NCBI GenBank assembly: GCA_003598015.1
Contig: QZKE01000065.1
Span: 8,280-72,279, forward strand
Source of the DNA: Actinomycetota bacterium
Lineage (GTDB): Bacteria > Actinomycetota > Geothermincolia > Geothermincolales > RBG-13-55-18
Direction: 5' to 3'
DNA: 64,000 nucleotides
The translations under genes and the position numbers were made by a program. The stretch's first letter is position 1, and each line of letters starts with the position of its first letter. Below the pieces are notes generated by a model. The model did no database searches. It saw only the letters and a program-made list of their open reading frames with translations, and was not told the origin of the DNA. Positions 63,544 through 64,000 of this stretch are shown in pieces.

Positions 63544-64000
63544 ATGAAAGAAGAAGAGCGGCCGGTGGGAGAAGAACGCTATCTGGAGAAGATAAAGGAG
63601 CTGGATCTGATCTGGCGTATCAACGAGCAGATCATGTCCTTCGAGAGCTTGGATTCGCTGCTCGGCAGCATCCTCGAGGGAGCCTTGGAGATTATGGAGG
63701 CGACATCGGGCTCGATCATGCTAATCGAACCACCCGGGAGCGACAAGCTGGTGATAAAAGCTGCGCAGGGATTGCGGAAAGAGGTCGTCAACAAAGCAAG
63801 CTGTAAAGTAGGGGAGGGCATAGCCGGCCTGGTAGCGGAGCGGCGTGAGGGGATGCTGCTCCTGGATGACCTCATGGATTCCCGCCTGCGCACGCGGCGC
63901 AAGGTGACGGATGCCCTGAGCGTCCCCATAGTCGAAGAAGGTGAACTCCTGGGAGTCCTCAACCTCAACACCAAGAGGGACAAGGCTTTCGGGGAATTAG
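63544..64000 (+). CDS. GAF-domain protein, 3' end outside window
   Basis: Not in the ORF track because it is open-ended. My own translation from ATG 63544 is MKEEERPVGEERYLEKIKELDLIWRINEQIMSFESLDSLLGSILEGALEIMEATSGSIMLIE...CKVGEGIAGLVAERREGMLLLDD...ALSVPIVEEGELLGVLNLN, a GAF-like pattern. The opposite-strand ORF 63579..63983 is rejected. Confidence 0.7.
   Translation, partial: MKEEERPVGEERYLEKIKELDLIWRINEQIMSFESLDSLLGSILEGALEIMEATSGSIMLIEPPGSDKLVIKAAQGLRKEVVNKASCKVGEGIAGLVAERREGMLLLDDLMDSRLRTRRKVTDALSVPIVEEGELLGVLNLNTKRDKAFGEL

Overview
GC-rich bacterial chromosomal window with about 57 protein-coding genes and one tRNA. No rRNA, CRISPR array, transposase or integrase was recognised. The mihF-gmk-rpoZ-coaBC synteny and apparently leaderless promoters suggest an Actinobacteriota-like lineage. 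A type 1B DHODH (pyrK/pyrD), an HgdC/BcrAD-type activase and a corrinoid protein suggest an anaerobic lifestyle.

Positions 1-27552 hold 29 consecutive plus-strand, mostly housekeeping genes:
- a type IV pilus (T4P) block (pilN-like, pilO, a PilP-like gene)
- a shikimate block (aroC-aroK-aroB-aroQ)
- four prepilin-type minor pilins, two of them giant (889 and 810 aa)
- pepP-efp-asp23-nusB
- a PyrR-attenuated pyrimidine operon (pyrR-pyrB-pyrC-carB-like-pyrK-pyrD-pyrF-pyrE) that lacks carA and carries a degenerate carB
- mihF-gmk-rpoZ-coaBC

tRNA-Leu(GAG) at 27586-27673 marks a sharp switch to a mixed-strand accessory region rich in acyl-CoA metabolism. That region has an acyl-CoA ligase, an SDR, an OYE/dienoyl-CoA-reductase-like flavoenzyme, an enoyl-CoA hydratase, a Zn-ADH, two adjacent acyl-CoA dehydrogenases with a TetR regulator, and an HgdC-type activase. 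It also has an orphan corrinoid protein, DUF169 and DUF2207 proteins, a His-rich protein, a penicillin-acylase-family protein and a methanogen-type thymidylate-synthase homologue.

Main hunt results:
1. Three paralogues of an uncharacterised internally duplicated CxxC/V4R-like protein, each attached to a different acyl-CoA enzyme module.
2. A recurrent 21-bp palindromic motif (CACACTTCTCGGAGAAGAACC) upstream of at least six genes.
3. A 213-bp MITE-like element whose terminal inverted repeats are that motif, flanked by a 9-bp direct repeat.
4. Modular giant minor pilins with no PilY1 or secretin.
5. A CarB homologue with an apparently dead second ATP-grasp site.

Gene starts are often uncertain because alternative GTG/TTG starts are common; stop coordinates are reliable.
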